The notes under the pieces were generated by a model. That model made no database searches and was not told the DNA's origin. It saw only the letters and a program-made list of their open reading frames with translations. A stretch of 64,000 nucleotides of DNA from an uncultured Nitrospirota bacterium (lineage in GTDB: Bacteria; Nitrospirota; Thermodesulfovibrionia; Thermodesulfovibrionales; JdFR-85), in the NCBI GenBank assembly GCA_964515925.1, contig CAZEYP010000005.1:276-64275 (forward strand), given 5' to 3'. The position numbers and the translations under genes were made by a program. Below, in pieces: positions 28,324 to 37,704 of the stretch (position 1 is the stretch's first letter; each line of letters starts with the position of its first letter).

Positions 28324-29268
28324 TTACTTAAACTTCAAAAGATGGGGAATGCCGTCATGCCTTTCAAGAATCCTATAGAGCTCTTTAGTATCAATCCGTT
28401 GAAGAGTTCCTGAACTAATTAGCTTCCTGACTGCTCTGCTAAAGTCCGTGCCGCCGGTTTTGTAATCTGCATGTGCCTCAATATAAACTCCGTTACTGCT
28501 AAAGAGAAGCTTTATCGGCTCATATATAATCTTAACCTCTGTTCCAACCCTTACAAGGTCGTACAGGGTCTTTATATCCTCTGGATACATCCTCAAACAG
28601 CCATGGCTCACCCTTCGGCCTATACCAAGTGGTTTGTTTGTACCGTGAATCAAATAAGACGGATTCGACAACCTCAATGCATATCTGCCAAGTGGATTAT
28701 CAGGGCCAGGTGGAACCATTTCAGGCAGTGTTGGCTCCTCAGCTCTTATTGAGGGTGGCACCACCCATACAGGGTCTTTTATCTTCTGTATAATCCTGTA
28801 TTCACCCAACGGTGTGTCCCTGCCTTCACTGCCGATACCTATCGGGAATGTAAGAACTGCAACCCTTCCTGTATTTAGTGTTTTGAAGTAGTACAGTCGT
28901 AGCTCAGCAAGATTTATAACTATGGTGTCTGTTTGCAGGTCCTTTAGCTCCGGCGTGATCCAGATCGTGGGAATTATAACCCCTGTGCCCTTGCCTGGAT
29001 ACCAGGGGTCAACACCAGGGTTTGCATCAGTGATTTCGTTGTATCCAAGGTCGTATTGTATGGCTAAATCTACAAGAGTTTCTCTATCATCCTTTATCGT
29101 ATAACTCTGTAAAACACCAAGAAGTGCTGGAGCTTTATAATCACTTAAAAGGAAGGCACCTCTGAACGAATAGGCCCTCTGGCAGAGAATAAAAAGAAAA
29201 CAGGTAACTATAAAGAGATTTACACTCCATTTCTTCCATGTCTTATCATCAGTATTCCATAAAACCAC
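28324..29268 (-). CDS. L,D-transpeptidase (YkuD domain)
   Basis: 314 aa with an N-terminal TM/signal segment and the catalytic SHGCLRM motif. Confidence 0.85.
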   Translation of the reverse strand: MVLWNTDDKTWKKWSVNLFIVTCFLFILCQRAYSFRGAFLLSDYKAPALLGVLQSYTIKDDRETLVDLAIQYDLGYNEITDANPGVDPWYPGKGTGVIIPTIWITPELKDLQTDTIVINLAELRLYYFKTLNTGRVAVLTFPIGIGSEGRDTPLGEYRIIQKIKDPVWVVPPSIRAEEPTLPEMVPPGPDNPLGRYALRLSNPSYLIHGTNKPLGIGRRVSHGCLRMYPEDIKTLYDLVRVGTEVKIIYEPIKLLFSSNGVYIEAHADYKTGGTDFSRAVRKLISSGTLQRIDTKELYRILERHDGIPHLLKFK

Positions 29269-29791
29269 TTATAAATATGGGAGCCTCTTTGTTTATTCTG
29301 GAAACCTCTTTAATTATATCAGGTGTAGGGTCTTTAAAGCCAATTTGAAAACCCCTTACAACATACTTTCCATAAGCACATACAGGAATCACAAAAAAGG
29401 AGTCATTACCTCCCAGCCTCGCCTTAAATTTGTAATATTCACAGCTGGTCATACTCCAGTACTCATCATCGGCAGACTGGAAAAATAAAGTCAGATATCT
29501 CCCTTCAGGAAAATTATTTACAGATACACATCCATCAGAGGTTCCCACAGTTGAATTTATTTCCTTTACCACCTTTTCCATTCCCCTTCTCTCGGATATG
29601 GCTTCATAGGGTGGTCTTACATCATCAAAAAACTCAACAGTTCTGATAAAATCATTAACCTTGCCTTTAACAATTGCGTTACAGGCAAAGCTGGCAAGCT
29701 GCTCGGGTGTGATTTCAGAAGATGATATTCCAAGGTTCACTACTAATACCGGTAAAACTAAAGCCAGAAACAGGGCTACTTTCCCCCTCAT
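29249..29791 (-). CDS. Hypothetical secreted protein
   Basis: 180 aa with signal peptide MRGKVALFLALVLPVLVVNLG. Overlaps the transpeptidase start by 20 nt. Confidence 0.5.
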   Translation of the reverse strand: MRGKVALFLALVLPVLVVNLGISSSEITPEQLASFACNAIVKGKVNDFIRTVEFFDDVRPPYEAISERRGMEKVVKEINSTVGTSDGCVSVNNFPEGRYLTLFFQSADDEYWSMTSCEYYKFKARLGGNDSFFVIPVCAYGKYVVRGFQIGFKDPTPDIIKEVSRINKEAPIFISGFMEY

Positions 29792-29841
29792 AGCCTTATC
29801 CCTCCTAAACCTTATGTTTTGCTAAATAAAAATACCATAAA

Positions 29842-29879
29842 ATTTTACAAATGTCAACTTTATTATTCATTTGTAAAAT
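29842..29879. promoter_or_regulatory. Perfect 12-bp inverted repeat (attttacaaatg-N14-catttgtaaaat), candidate operator
   Basis: Lies in the divergent intergenic region 29792-29965, just upstream of a TGgTATACT extended -10 at 29899-29907. Confidence 0.35.
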
Positions 29880-29965
29880 CAACTTGTGTCAGATTTTGTG
29901 GTATACTAATTCTATGAATCAATCAATAAATACTATCATTCCCACTGTTTAGGACAAACAAACCG

Positions 29966-31009
29966 ATGCAGATAAACAAAGTACTTCAGGCCCTAAACCC
30001 CAAAATTATTGTTAAATCACCTGACAGCATCCTTGTAGTTAAAGATGGCGAAGTACTGCAGGCAGAGATAACAGAGCTGACAGAAAGAGGCACCTTAATC
30101 CTTAAAACCCCCAGGGGAGATTTTGAAGCCACCTCTACTGTGGAACTTAAAAAGGGAGGGCTTGTAAGATTAAGGGCACAGGTCAGCTCAAAAAGGCTAA
30201 TCCTTAGAGTTATTGATTACTGCTCACCTGAGGAGCTCTTTTTACAGAAAAAGCTCACCCAGATTCTAAGGAGCCTAACCCCACAGGAGGGGGTCGTTAA
30301 AAAGCTGGTTTCTCAGGCATCTGAGGAGCCATTAAGGGCCCTGATTCCTGAATTAAGAGACCTTTCATCAATCATAAATCAAATCGAAAGCCTTGTTGAA
30401 AACCCTAAGACCCTTAAGGAGGCATTAAGGCACTCGGGCATCTTTCTTGAGAGCAATCTAAAGCAATCAGTCTCTGAAAAAAATCTGAAAGACCTTATCA
30501 ATAAGGACCTGAAGGCAAAGCTACTTCGAATAACCAGACATATAGACTCATTAGCCCAGGAAAAGGGCCTTTCACCAGAACTAAGCTCTCTTAAAGAAAA
30601 CACAGAGAAACTACTACACACAATACAGTACTATCAGTTCAAAAACATTATGGATGATACCCTTCAACTTTTTGTACCCTTTGTATGGAAAGACCTCCGC
30701 AGGGGAAGCATTGAGTTTCGGAAGACAAAGGGCTCTCCTAAAAAATTACTCTATCATTGTATAATTAATCTCGAACTGAACTATCATGGAAAACTTATGG
30801 TAGTGGTCACACAGGAAAAAAGCGGCATACACATCGGCATGTTTACAGAAAAAGCCGACTTTGCTGAACTGTTAAGCACTAACAGCAAGATGCTTAAAGA
30901 AAGGCTTCTCAAAGCTGGCCTGAACCTTAGAAATCTTATTATAGAAAAACAAAAAGATATGGAATTCGTCGAAGATACCTTTTCACAGGGGCTAAACATC
31001 AGGGCATGA
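29966..31009 (+). CDS. FliK-like protein (hook-length-control C-terminal-domain-like)
   Basis: 347 aa. The C-terminal segment LQLFVPF...GSIEFRK...LMVVVTQEKSGIHIGMFTEK...LKERLLKAGLNL fits the Flg_hook pattern. Coupled to the FlhB-CTD-like gene by an ATGA overlap. Confidence 0.4.
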   Translation: MQINKVLQALNPKIIVKSPDSILVVKDGEVLQAEITELTERGTLILKTPRGDFEATSTVELKKGGLVRLRAQVSSKRLILRVIDYCSPEELFLQKKLTQILRSLTPQEGVVKKLVSQASEEPLRALIPELRDLSSIINQIESLVENPKTLKEALRHSGIFLESNLKQSVSEKNLKDLINKDLKAKLLRITRHIDSLAQEKGLSPELSSLKENTEKLLHTIQYYQFKNIMDDTLQLFVPFVWKDLRRGSIEFRKTKGSPKKLLYHCIINLELNYHGKLMVVVTQEKSGIHIGMFTEKADFAELLSTNSKMLKERLLKAGLNLRNLIIEKQKDMEFVEDTFSQGLNIRA

Positions 31010-31293
31010 AACATAAACAGACTACAAAGGCTGCTGCTTTGAGATACGAGAGAGACACAGACAGTGCACCTCGTGTCGTGGCATCTGGCAGAGGAGAGAT
31101 TGCCAAGAGGATAATACAGATTGCCAGGGAGCATGGTATACCAATTCACCAGGACCCTGATCTGATTGAGGTACTCTCTGCACTGGAACTCTACGAGGAG
31201 ATTCCACCTGAGCTTTACAGGGCTGTGGCAGAAGTACTGGCATACATATATATGGTAACGAAAAAAGGGAATGATGTTAGATTTCAGGTCTGA
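31006..31293 (+). CDS. FlhB C-terminal-domain-like protein (EscU/YscU/HrcU family, YlqH-type)
   Basis: 95 aa containing AAALRYERDTDSAPRVVASGRGEIAKRIIQIAREHGIPIHQDPDL...ELYRAVAEVLAYI. No TM domain. Confidence 0.75.
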   Translation: MKHKQTTKAAALRYERDTDSAPRVVASGRGEIAKRIIQIAREHGIPIHQDPDLIEVLSALELYEEIPPELYRAVAEVLAYIYMVTKKGNDVRFQV

Positions 31294-31344
31294 AATAATT
31301 ATAGAGGCTATTCAATGAAAAGACTGGTTTAAAGGAGGTATGCA

Positions 31345-32118
31345 ATGGACTTTGGAATGAAAAACAGGCTTAACAAAATCTTCAATCCTGACACAGGCAA
31401 AACCGTTATGCTTGCAGTGGACCATGGTTACTTTCAGGGGCCTACCACAGGACTACGAAACTTCAAACAAACAGTTGACCCCTTGCTTCCTCATGCAGAT
31501 TGCCTCTTTGTCACAAGGGGTATGCTCCGCAACTGCGTTGACCCTAAAACCAGGACATCCATCTGTCTCAGAGTTTCAGGAGGGCCAAGCATCCTTGGTG
31601 AGCTTTCCAATGAAGACATAACTACCAGTATTGAAGAGGCAATAAGGCTTAATGTATCTGGAATTGGTATGTCAATCTTTGTGGGTGCACCAAATGAAGA
31701 CCGCACCATAGCAAATCTCGGCCGTCTGGTAAACGAAGCAGAGCGATACGGTATTCCAGTGCTTGCTATCACTGCAGTGGGTAGAGACATGGCCCGTGAT
31801 GCCCGTTATCTGGGACTTGCCTGCCGTATTGCTGCAGAGATTGGGGCATACTTTGTCAAGACCTACTACTGTGAAGATTTCTACAAGGTAGTTGAAGGAT
31901 GCCCTGTTCCCATTGTTATTGCTGGTGGCAAAAAGATACCCGAGATGGATGCTCTCAAGATGACTGAAAACGCCATCAAAGAGGGAGCACTCGGTGTTGA
32001 TATGGGCAGAAATATCTTTCAGAGCGACAAGCCTGTGGGGATGATCAAGGCTGTAAGGGCTATCGTTCATGAAGGTGCCACCGCCGAAGAGGCATATAAA
32101 ATATATGAAAAGGAATAA
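31345..32118 (+). CDS. LsrF-like class I aldolase/thiolase (DeoC/FbaB superfamily)
   Basis: 257 aa. [43 protein letters not shown] and [10 protein letters not shown] closely recall LsrF-type proteins. Preceded by an AAGGAGG SD. Confidence 0.75.
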   Translation: MDFGMKNRLNKIFNPDTGKTVMLAVDHGYFQGPTTGLRNFKQTVDPLLPHADCLFVTRGMLRNCVDPKTRTSICLRVSGGPSILGELSNEDITTSIEEAIRLNVSGIGMSIFVGAPNEDRTIANLGRLVNEAERYGIPVLAITAVGRDMARDARYLGLACRIAAEIGAYFVKTYYCEDFYKVVEGCPVPIVIAGGKKIPEMDALKMTENAIKEGALGVDMGRNIFQSDKPVGMIKAVRAIVHEGATAEEAYKIYEKE

Positions 32119-32132
32119 TAAAGATGAATATA

Positions 32133-32250
32133 ACGATATGCCTTTTCGCTCATTCTCGACATACATCCATGTATGTCTCCGAGGACGCACACTGAAGCAG
32201 CCATCACGGCTCAGACGGGCGTGTGCTGAAACCGCTTAAAGGCATATCGT
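32133..32250 (+). other. 118-nt multi-hairpin element closed by a perfect 13-bp stem (candidate cis-regulatory RNA or miniature inverted-repeat element)
   Basis: acgatatgccttt (32133-32145) pairs with aaaggcatatcgt (32238-32250). Internal hairpins are gacatacat-cc-atgtatgtc and gcacac...gtgtgc. Confidence 0.45.
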
Positions 32251-32283
32251 CATATTATCAACCGTTATTAAGTTACTAACACC

Positions 32284-33294
32284 ATGAAAGTAGCAGTTTA
32301 TTACGGTAAAGACGACATAAGGATTGAAGAGCGTGAAAGGCCCACTGCCAGAGGAGGCGAAATAGTGGTCAGAATGCTTGCCTCTGGCATCTGTGGCACA
32401 GACATAATGCACTGGTACCGCAAACAGAAGGCACCCTATGTGCCGGGGCATGAGATGGCAGGTGAGGTGGTCGAAATCGACCCCGACGTAAAAGGCCTGA
32501 AAGTTGGCGACAGGGTCTTTGTATCTCACCATGTGCCATGTTATAGATGTCATTTCTGTAAAGTCGGCAAGTTTACGGCCTGTGAGGCCCTCCATAAGGG
32601 CAACTACTGGCCTGGGGGATTTTCAGAGTACATACTTATTCCAGAGGAAAATGTACGCCATGGTACCATAGTGCTCGATGACTCTGTAAGCCTTGAAGAG
32701 GCAGTAATGATAGAACCCTTTGCCTGTGTGCTCGAGGCTTACAGGAGGGTAGAGGCAGAAAACCAGAGGAATGTGTTTATAGTAGGCTCAGGGGTTTCGG
32801 GTATTCTTCACATCCTGTATCTAAAACAACAGGGTGCCACAGTGGCAGCAGTTGATGTTTCAAAGGAAAGACTGGAGTATGCCCTTAAAGCCGGAGCTGA
32901 CAGGGTCTTCAGCATAGATGAATTATCCATGGATTCATTGAAGGCTGTCTTTGATGGCAGACTTCCCGATACCGTTGTTGTTTGTGCTGGTGCAAAAGGG
33001 GCTATTGAGACTGCCATACAGACAGTTCAGCGAAGGGGTACTGTGCTCATGTTTGCTGTCTCCAGCGACGACATACGGATTCCATCTGTTCATTTCTGGC
33101 GTAACGAGATAAGTGTGTGTTTCTCTTATGGGGCATCTCCAGAGGCACTTCAGGATGCCTACGATTTAATCAGGCTTAAAAAGGTTGACCTTGGCTGGAT
33201 GGTAACCGATTCCTTTCCCCTTACCGAGATAGCCGAGGCATTTAAAATAGCTTCACTTGGTGGAAGACATCTGAAGGTTATCTGCAGAGCTTAA
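32284..33294 (+). CDS. Zn-dependent medium-chain alcohol/polyol dehydrogenase (threonine/sorbitol DH-like)
   Basis: 336 aa. GHEMAGEVVEI catalytic Zn site, structural Zn cysteines CYRCHFCKVGKFTAC, and a GSGVSG Rossmann motif. Confidence 0.85.
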   Translation: MKVAVYYGKDDIRIEERERPTARGGEIVVRMLASGICGTDIMHWYRKQKAPYVPGHEMAGEVVEIDPDVKGLKVGDRVFVSHHVPCYRCHFCKVGKFTACEALHKGNYWPGGFSEYILIPEENVRHGTIVLDDSVSLEEAVMIEPFACVLEAYRRVEAENQRNVFIVGSGVSGILHILYLKQQGATVAAVDVSKERLEYALKAGADRVFSIDELSMDSLKAVFDGRLPDTVVVCAGAKGAIETAIQTVQRRGTVLMFAVSSDDIRIPSVHFWRNEISVCFSYGASPEALQDAYDLIRLKKVDLGWMVTDSFPLTEIAEAFKIASLGGRHLKVICRA

Positions 33295-33323
33295 GCTTAA
33301 GTAACTCATAAAATAGTTCCAGG

Positions 33324-35093
33324 TCACAATGCAGTAGCTTTACTGGTAGCTTTATCTTTTAAGAGGTGCCCTGAGTCATCAGACGAAAACTTATATAAAT
33401 TTTGTGAGCTTTTTTCTTCCACAACAATCCAATCGACCTGACTTTTAATGTTAGCAGATAGAGCGTTTAAGTTTTTAGAAATTTTGCTGAGTGATTTAGA
33501 ACTGTTCACCATTAATTCTGCTGCTTCTGAGACCTCTTTTATAGACTCTACAAGTCTCTCTGCAGATATCGATTGTCTTTCAGTGGCCTTTGAAATTAGC
33601 TGTATTAATTTTCTGGTCTTTTCAGTTGATTCTGTAATTGATTGCAAAGATTTGCCAATAATATCTATTGCCCTTAAGCCTTTTTTAACCTCCTCTTTGC
33701 TTTGCTTCGACTGCTGTAAAGAAGCATTTGTATCTTTAAGTATGTCATTGATTTTAGAAGTAATCTCCTTGGTAGCGTTAGCCGTTTTTTCAGCAAGTCT
33801 TCTTACCTCATCAGCAACAACAGCAAAACCTTTCCCCTGCTCTCCTGCTCTTGCAGCTTCTATGGCTGCATTAAGTGCAAGGAGATTTGTTTGCTCAGCG
33901 ATTTCGGCAATAAGCGTGGTAATTTTACTTATCTCCTTTGTGCTGGTGCCAAGACGCTCAATAGTTGAAGATGTATTATTTACCATATCAAGAATTTCTT
34001 TAATATTATTGATTGCATCACTGGATACCTCCATGCCATTCATTGCAATTTCAAATGCCTCTTCAGATGCCTGAACTGCCTCTGATGTTTTTAGTGTAAT
34101 CTCTTCTATACTGTTTGAAAGTTCAGATGTAGACGACACCATGTGTTCAACTTTTTGCATCTGTCTATCAGACATACCTGCAAGTTCCTCTGAGGTAAAT
34201 GATAGGGTAGCGGAACTTTCTGAAAGGGTTATAGCTTCTGTTTTTATCTGTTTTACCATGTCCTTAAGTCTGTTTTTCATTTGTTTAAAGGCTATAACCA
34301 TCTTGCCTATCTCGTCTGACCCCTTTACTTTTATCTCGCTTTCTACAAAGTATCCCCTTACCATCTTCTGGAAAGCCGAAGAGACATCTTCAATAGGGAC
34401 TATAATAATTTTTGACAATAGAATTGTTATAACAATAAGGGCAACTATGCCAGATGCACCGGCCACTCCGTAAAATAGCTGCATAAGGGTGGATTCATGC
34501 TCAAGGTCTGTAACCATACGGGGATAAGCATTTCTAAGAATGGTCAATGCAGTAGCGGTCTGTTCCATAATATCAAAGTAACTATTATCAAAATTTTCCA
34601 TCAAAACCCTTATCTTTTCTACTTTTCTGTCTTTTAAAGCTGGCACAATCTCGCTGAACATGATTTCCTTGTATTTATGCCATTTTTCTCTCGATCTGGA
34701 TAAAAAGCCCTTAATCGGCGCAATTGAACTCTTATTGTGACAGGCATAGCAGGTAACACCTTTTGAATTTATTTCTGAAAGGTATGTGTTTACCTTATCG
34801 AATAATGCGTCGGTTTTATTCACAATCCCTTTCAGGTTTTCTGTGATTTCTTCATCATAATTTAGATAACCTGAATATATGAAGGATCGTATCAAATTTA
34901 TGTTCATTCTTATGCGGGCAATATTGTCAATAGTATTCCTTTTTAAGTCTATGCCCGTATAGAGTGTGCCGCCAACTTTTACCTTTTTGAACAAGAGCTG
35001 TCCATAAATTATACCGAAAAAGATTCCAGCTATTATCATACCAAATACCAGAGCAAGTTTCTTCTTGATCGAAAGGTTATAAAACCAGTTCAT
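33324..35093 (-). CDS. Methyl-accepting chemotaxis protein with CXXCH in the periplasmic sensor domain
   Basis: 589 aa. Two TM segments flank a roughly 170-aa domain containing CYACH (residues 115-119), followed by HAMP and the conserved signalling hairpin ([32 protein letters not shown]). Confidence 0.9.
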   Translation of the reverse strand: MNWFYNLSIKKKLALVFGMIIAGIFFGIIYGQLLFKKVKVGGTLYTGIDLKRNTIDNIARIRMNINLIRSFIYSGYLNYDEEITENLKGIVNKTDALFDKVNTYLSEINSKGVTCYACHNKSSIAPIKGFLSRSREKWHKYKEIMFSEIVPALKDRKVEKIRVLMENFDNSYFDIMEQTATALTILRNAYPRMVTDLEHESTLMQLFYGVAGASGIVALIVITILLSKIIIVPIEDVSSAFQKMVRGYFVESEIKVKGSDEIGKMVIAFKQMKNRLKDMVKQIKTEAITLSESSATLSFTSEELAGMSDRQMQKVEHMVSSTSELSNSIEEITLKTSEAVQASEEAFEIAMNGMEVSSDAINNIKEILDMVNNTSSTIERLGTSTKEISKITTLIAEIAEQTNLLALNAAIEAARAGEQGKGFAVVADEVRRLAEKTANATKEITSKINDILKDTNASLQQSKQSKEEVKKGLRAIDIIGKSLQSITESTEKTRKLIQLISKATERQSISAERLVESIKEVSEAAELMVNSSKSLSKISKNLNALSANIKSQVDWIVVEEKSSQNLYKFSSDDSGHLLKDKATSKATAL

Positions 35094-35280
35094 AAGCCAC
35101 AGAACTCCTTTGATGGTTTTTTATCTCTGTAACTTTTTCGGACACTATAAAAAAAACTTTAGACCCAATAGATTATGCCTGAGTGAAGGCGAAGGAAGTC
35201 AGGAGATGTTTCGCTACATATATTTTCCGCAATGCTTTGGTTATGAAGGGATTACGAGTTATTGAACAGCCTCATATTTA

Positions 35281-35309
35281 TAAAAAAGCCCCGCAAATAC
35301 TTGCGGGGC
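35281..35309 (-). terminator. Intrinsic terminator downstream of tRNA-Lys
   Basis: gccccgcaa-atac-ttgcggggc hairpin. On the minus strand it is followed directly by TTTTTTA. Confidence 0.65.
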
Positions 35310-35321
35310 CTGGTTTTTCTA

Positions 35322-35398
<77 letters not shown>

Positions 35399-35431
35399 AC
35401 TTAATAGCAACTATTATGTTGTAGCTTTTAA

Positions 35432-35459
35432 AAATATTATATCTGTTAACAAAATGTCA
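35432..35459 (-). promoter_or_regulatory. Candidate promoter for tRNA-Lys (TTGACA, then TATAAT at 13 nt or ATATTT at 17 nt)
   Basis: The minus strand reads cTTGACAttttgttaacagaTATAATattttt. The spacing is non-optimal for the perfect hexamers. Confidence 0.3.
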
Positions 35460-35749
35460 AGATAATTTTGGTCACAATCATATTATTCTTTGTTTTCAAT
35501 ATGTTATGTCTATTTGTTTTCGCTAAGCTATAAAACCGCTAAAATGTATCTGTGTTACTCAAAGGGTTTCCTTCTTGAAGCTTTCAGACTATACAAAAAT
35601 AAAATGTATACACAATCAACGATATTGTTACATATTACCACTGTATAAATTCTGAGGGAAGAAGGCTAATAAAACATATGTTGCAAATGCTCTGAAAAAG
35701 CATATAAAATATCAAATACAAAAAATTTCAGTAAAAATAAAGGTGTAAT

Positions 35750-37078
35750 ATGGAAAAACAGAAGGTTGACATAATTGTTGAAGGTGATTATGTGCTCCCC
35801 ATGTGCGATGAAGAGGCATTAGAGAATGCCGCAGTTGTCATCAGAGAGGGTAGGATACTTGACATTGGCCACTGTGATGAGCTCAAAAATCGCTATGAAG
35901 CTGAAAGGGTATTTTCTGGTAAATACAGAGCTGTTCTGCCAGGATTTGTAAACACACATACCCATGCTGCAATGGTGTATTTCAGGGGTCTTGCAGATGA
36001 CCTTCCGCTTAAGCAATGGCTTGAAGAGCACATCTGGCCTGCCGAGTCAAGGATGCTCAGCCCTGATTTCTGCCGTGATGCAACAGAGCTTGCCTGTCTT
36101 GAGATGATACGCTCTGGTGTTACACTCTTCAATGACATGTATTTCTACGAAGAGGCCTCGGCTGATGCCATAAAAAAGGCAGGTCTTCGGGCAGTGCTTG
36201 GTGCTGGTGTGCTGGACTTTCCAACATCCATTGCACAGAGCACCGATGAATACCTTGAAAAGGCTGTATCCTTTATCAAAGACTGGATAGATGATGAACT
36301 GATAGTTCCTTCCATTTCACCCCATGCCCCTTATACATGCTCAGCGGAAACATATAAAAAGACCCTTGAGGTTTCGGAAAAATACGGTATCCCCATTCAT
36401 ACTCACCTAAGTGAGACCCGTTGGGAGGTGCAGGAAATAAAAAACCGTTATGGTAAAACCCCTATTGAGCATCTTGAAAGCCATGGGCTTCTTACCGAAC
36501 GAATGATTGCAGCCCATGTGGTCTGGCCAACTGAAAGGGAGATCGAGATACTGGCTGAAAAGAAGGTGTCCCTATCCCACTGTCCGGAAAGCAACCTGAA
36601 GCTCGCCTCTGGCATATCTCCTGTTTCAAAGATGCTGAAGGCCGGAGTAAGGGTGAGCATTGGCACTGATGGCGCAGCAAGCAACAATGACCTTGATGTG
36701 CTTGAAGAGGCTTCCCTTGCATCAGAGCTTCAGAAGGCGTTCTCCGAAGACCCAACAGTGCTTGATGCAAGGACCACCCTTAAGATGGCAACCTGCTGGG
36801 GTGCTGAGGCACTGGGTCTGTCTGATGTGACAGGAACACTTGAGCCAGGCAAGTCAGCAGACCTGATTGTGATAGATTTGAAGAAACCACATCTTATGCC
36901 AATTTATGACATCTTCTCACACATTGTTTACTCTGCCAGGGCATCGGATGTATGCACTGTGATTGTTCGGGGCAGGGTTTTGCTGGATGATTATGAATTC
37001 AGAACCCTTGATAAAGAGCAAATCTACGAAAAGGCAAGAAAATGGAGCAGGAAAATAATGGAAGGCCAGAGGGTGTAA
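35750..37078 (+). CDS. mtaD: 5-methylthioadenosine/S-adenosylhomocysteine deaminase (amidohydrolase)
   Basis: 442 aa. PGFVNTHTHAAM, HLSET and GTDGAASNN motifs. Confidence 0.8.
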   Translation: MEKQKVDIIVEGDYVLPMCDEEALENAAVVIREGRILDIGHCDELKNRYEAERVFSGKYRAVLPGFVNTHTHAAMVYFRGLADDLPLKQWLEEHIWPAESRMLSPDFCRDATELACLEMIRSGVTLFNDMYFYEEASADAIKKAGLRAVLGAGVLDFPTSIAQSTDEYLEKAVSFIKDWIDDELIVPSISPHAPYTCSAETYKKTLEVSEKYGIPIHTHLSETRWEVQEIKNRYGKTPIEHLESHGLLTERMIAAHVVWPTEREIEILAEKKVSLSHCPESNLKLASGISPVSKMLKAGVRVSIGTDGAASNNDLDVLEEASLASELQKAFSEDPTVLDARTTLKMATCWGAEALGLSDVTGTLEPGKSADLIVIDLKKPHLMPIYDIFSHIVYSARASDVCTVIVRGRVLLDDYEFRTLDKEQIYEKARKWSRKIMEGQRV

Positions 37079-37100
37079 TGAATAGGAGTTGTCATTTTTA

Positions 37101-37135
37101 CTACACCCTACACGCTACCCCCTAAACCCTATAAT
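37101..37135. repeat. Heptamer array CTACNCC x5 (decaying)
   Basis: ctacacc ctacacg ctacccc ctaaacc ctataat, between mtaD and dcd. Confidence 0.85.
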
Positions 37136-37147
37136 TATGGAGGTTTT

Positions 37148-37696
37148 ATGGTAAAAAACGACCGATGGATAAAGGAGATGGCAAAAAAGGGCATGATTGA
37201 GCCTTTCAATGATAAGCAGGTCCGTCAGGGTGTTATTTCCTATGGGGTAAGTTCCTATGGCTATGATATGCGCATAAGTGATGAATTCAAGATATTCACC
37301 AATATAAACAACACAATAGTTGACCCAAAGGGCTTTGATCCAAAGAGCTTCGTTGACTTCAAGGGTGATGTCTGCATAATCCCTCCAAACAGTTTCGTGC
37401 TTGGCCGCTCGATAGAATACTTCAGGATTCCCCGTGAGGTAATCGTCATCTGTCTTGGGAAATCCACCTATGCCCGTTGTGGTCTCGTGGTAAATGTAAC
37501 CCCCCTTGAGCCTGAGTGGGAAGGCCATGTAACCATAGAAATCTCGAACACCACCCCTCTTCCTGCAAAGATCTATGCAAATGAAGGCATTGCTCAGATA
37601 CTGTTTCTTGGAGCAGAAGAGGTCTGTGAAACCTCCTATAGAGATAAAACCGGTAAGTATCAGGCACAAAAGGGTATAACACTTCCAAAGATTTAG
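37148..37696 (+). CDS. dcd: dCTP deaminase
   Basis: 182 aa. [41 protein letters not shown] and [15 protein letters not shown]. Preceded by a GGAGG SD. Confidence 0.9.
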   Translation: MVKNDRWIKEMAKKGMIEPFNDKQVRQGVISYGVSSYGYDMRISDEFKIFTNINNTIVDPKGFDPKSFVDFKGDVCIIPPNSFVLGRSIEYFRIPREVIVICLGKSTYARCGLVVNVTPLEPEWEGHVTIEISNTTPLPAKIYANEGIAQILFLGAEEVCETSYRDKTGKYQAQKGITLPKI

Positions 37697-37704
37697 GAGT
37701 CCCA

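Noticed and set aside
35206-35265. 19-aa ORF (MFRYIYFPQCFGYEGITSY) followed by the 35288 hairpin, considered as a possible leader peptide or small protein.
   Set aside because: The AGGAG abuts the ATG with no spacing. No downstream plus-strand gene exists for it to regulate. The hairpin is better explained as the minus-strand tRNA-Lys terminator.
37129-37134. Perfect TATAAT upstream of dcd.
   Set aside because: It is the decayed last unit of the CTACNCC array and lies only 13 nt before the ATG, upstream of the GGAGG SD. A transcript starting there would lose the SD. There is no -35.
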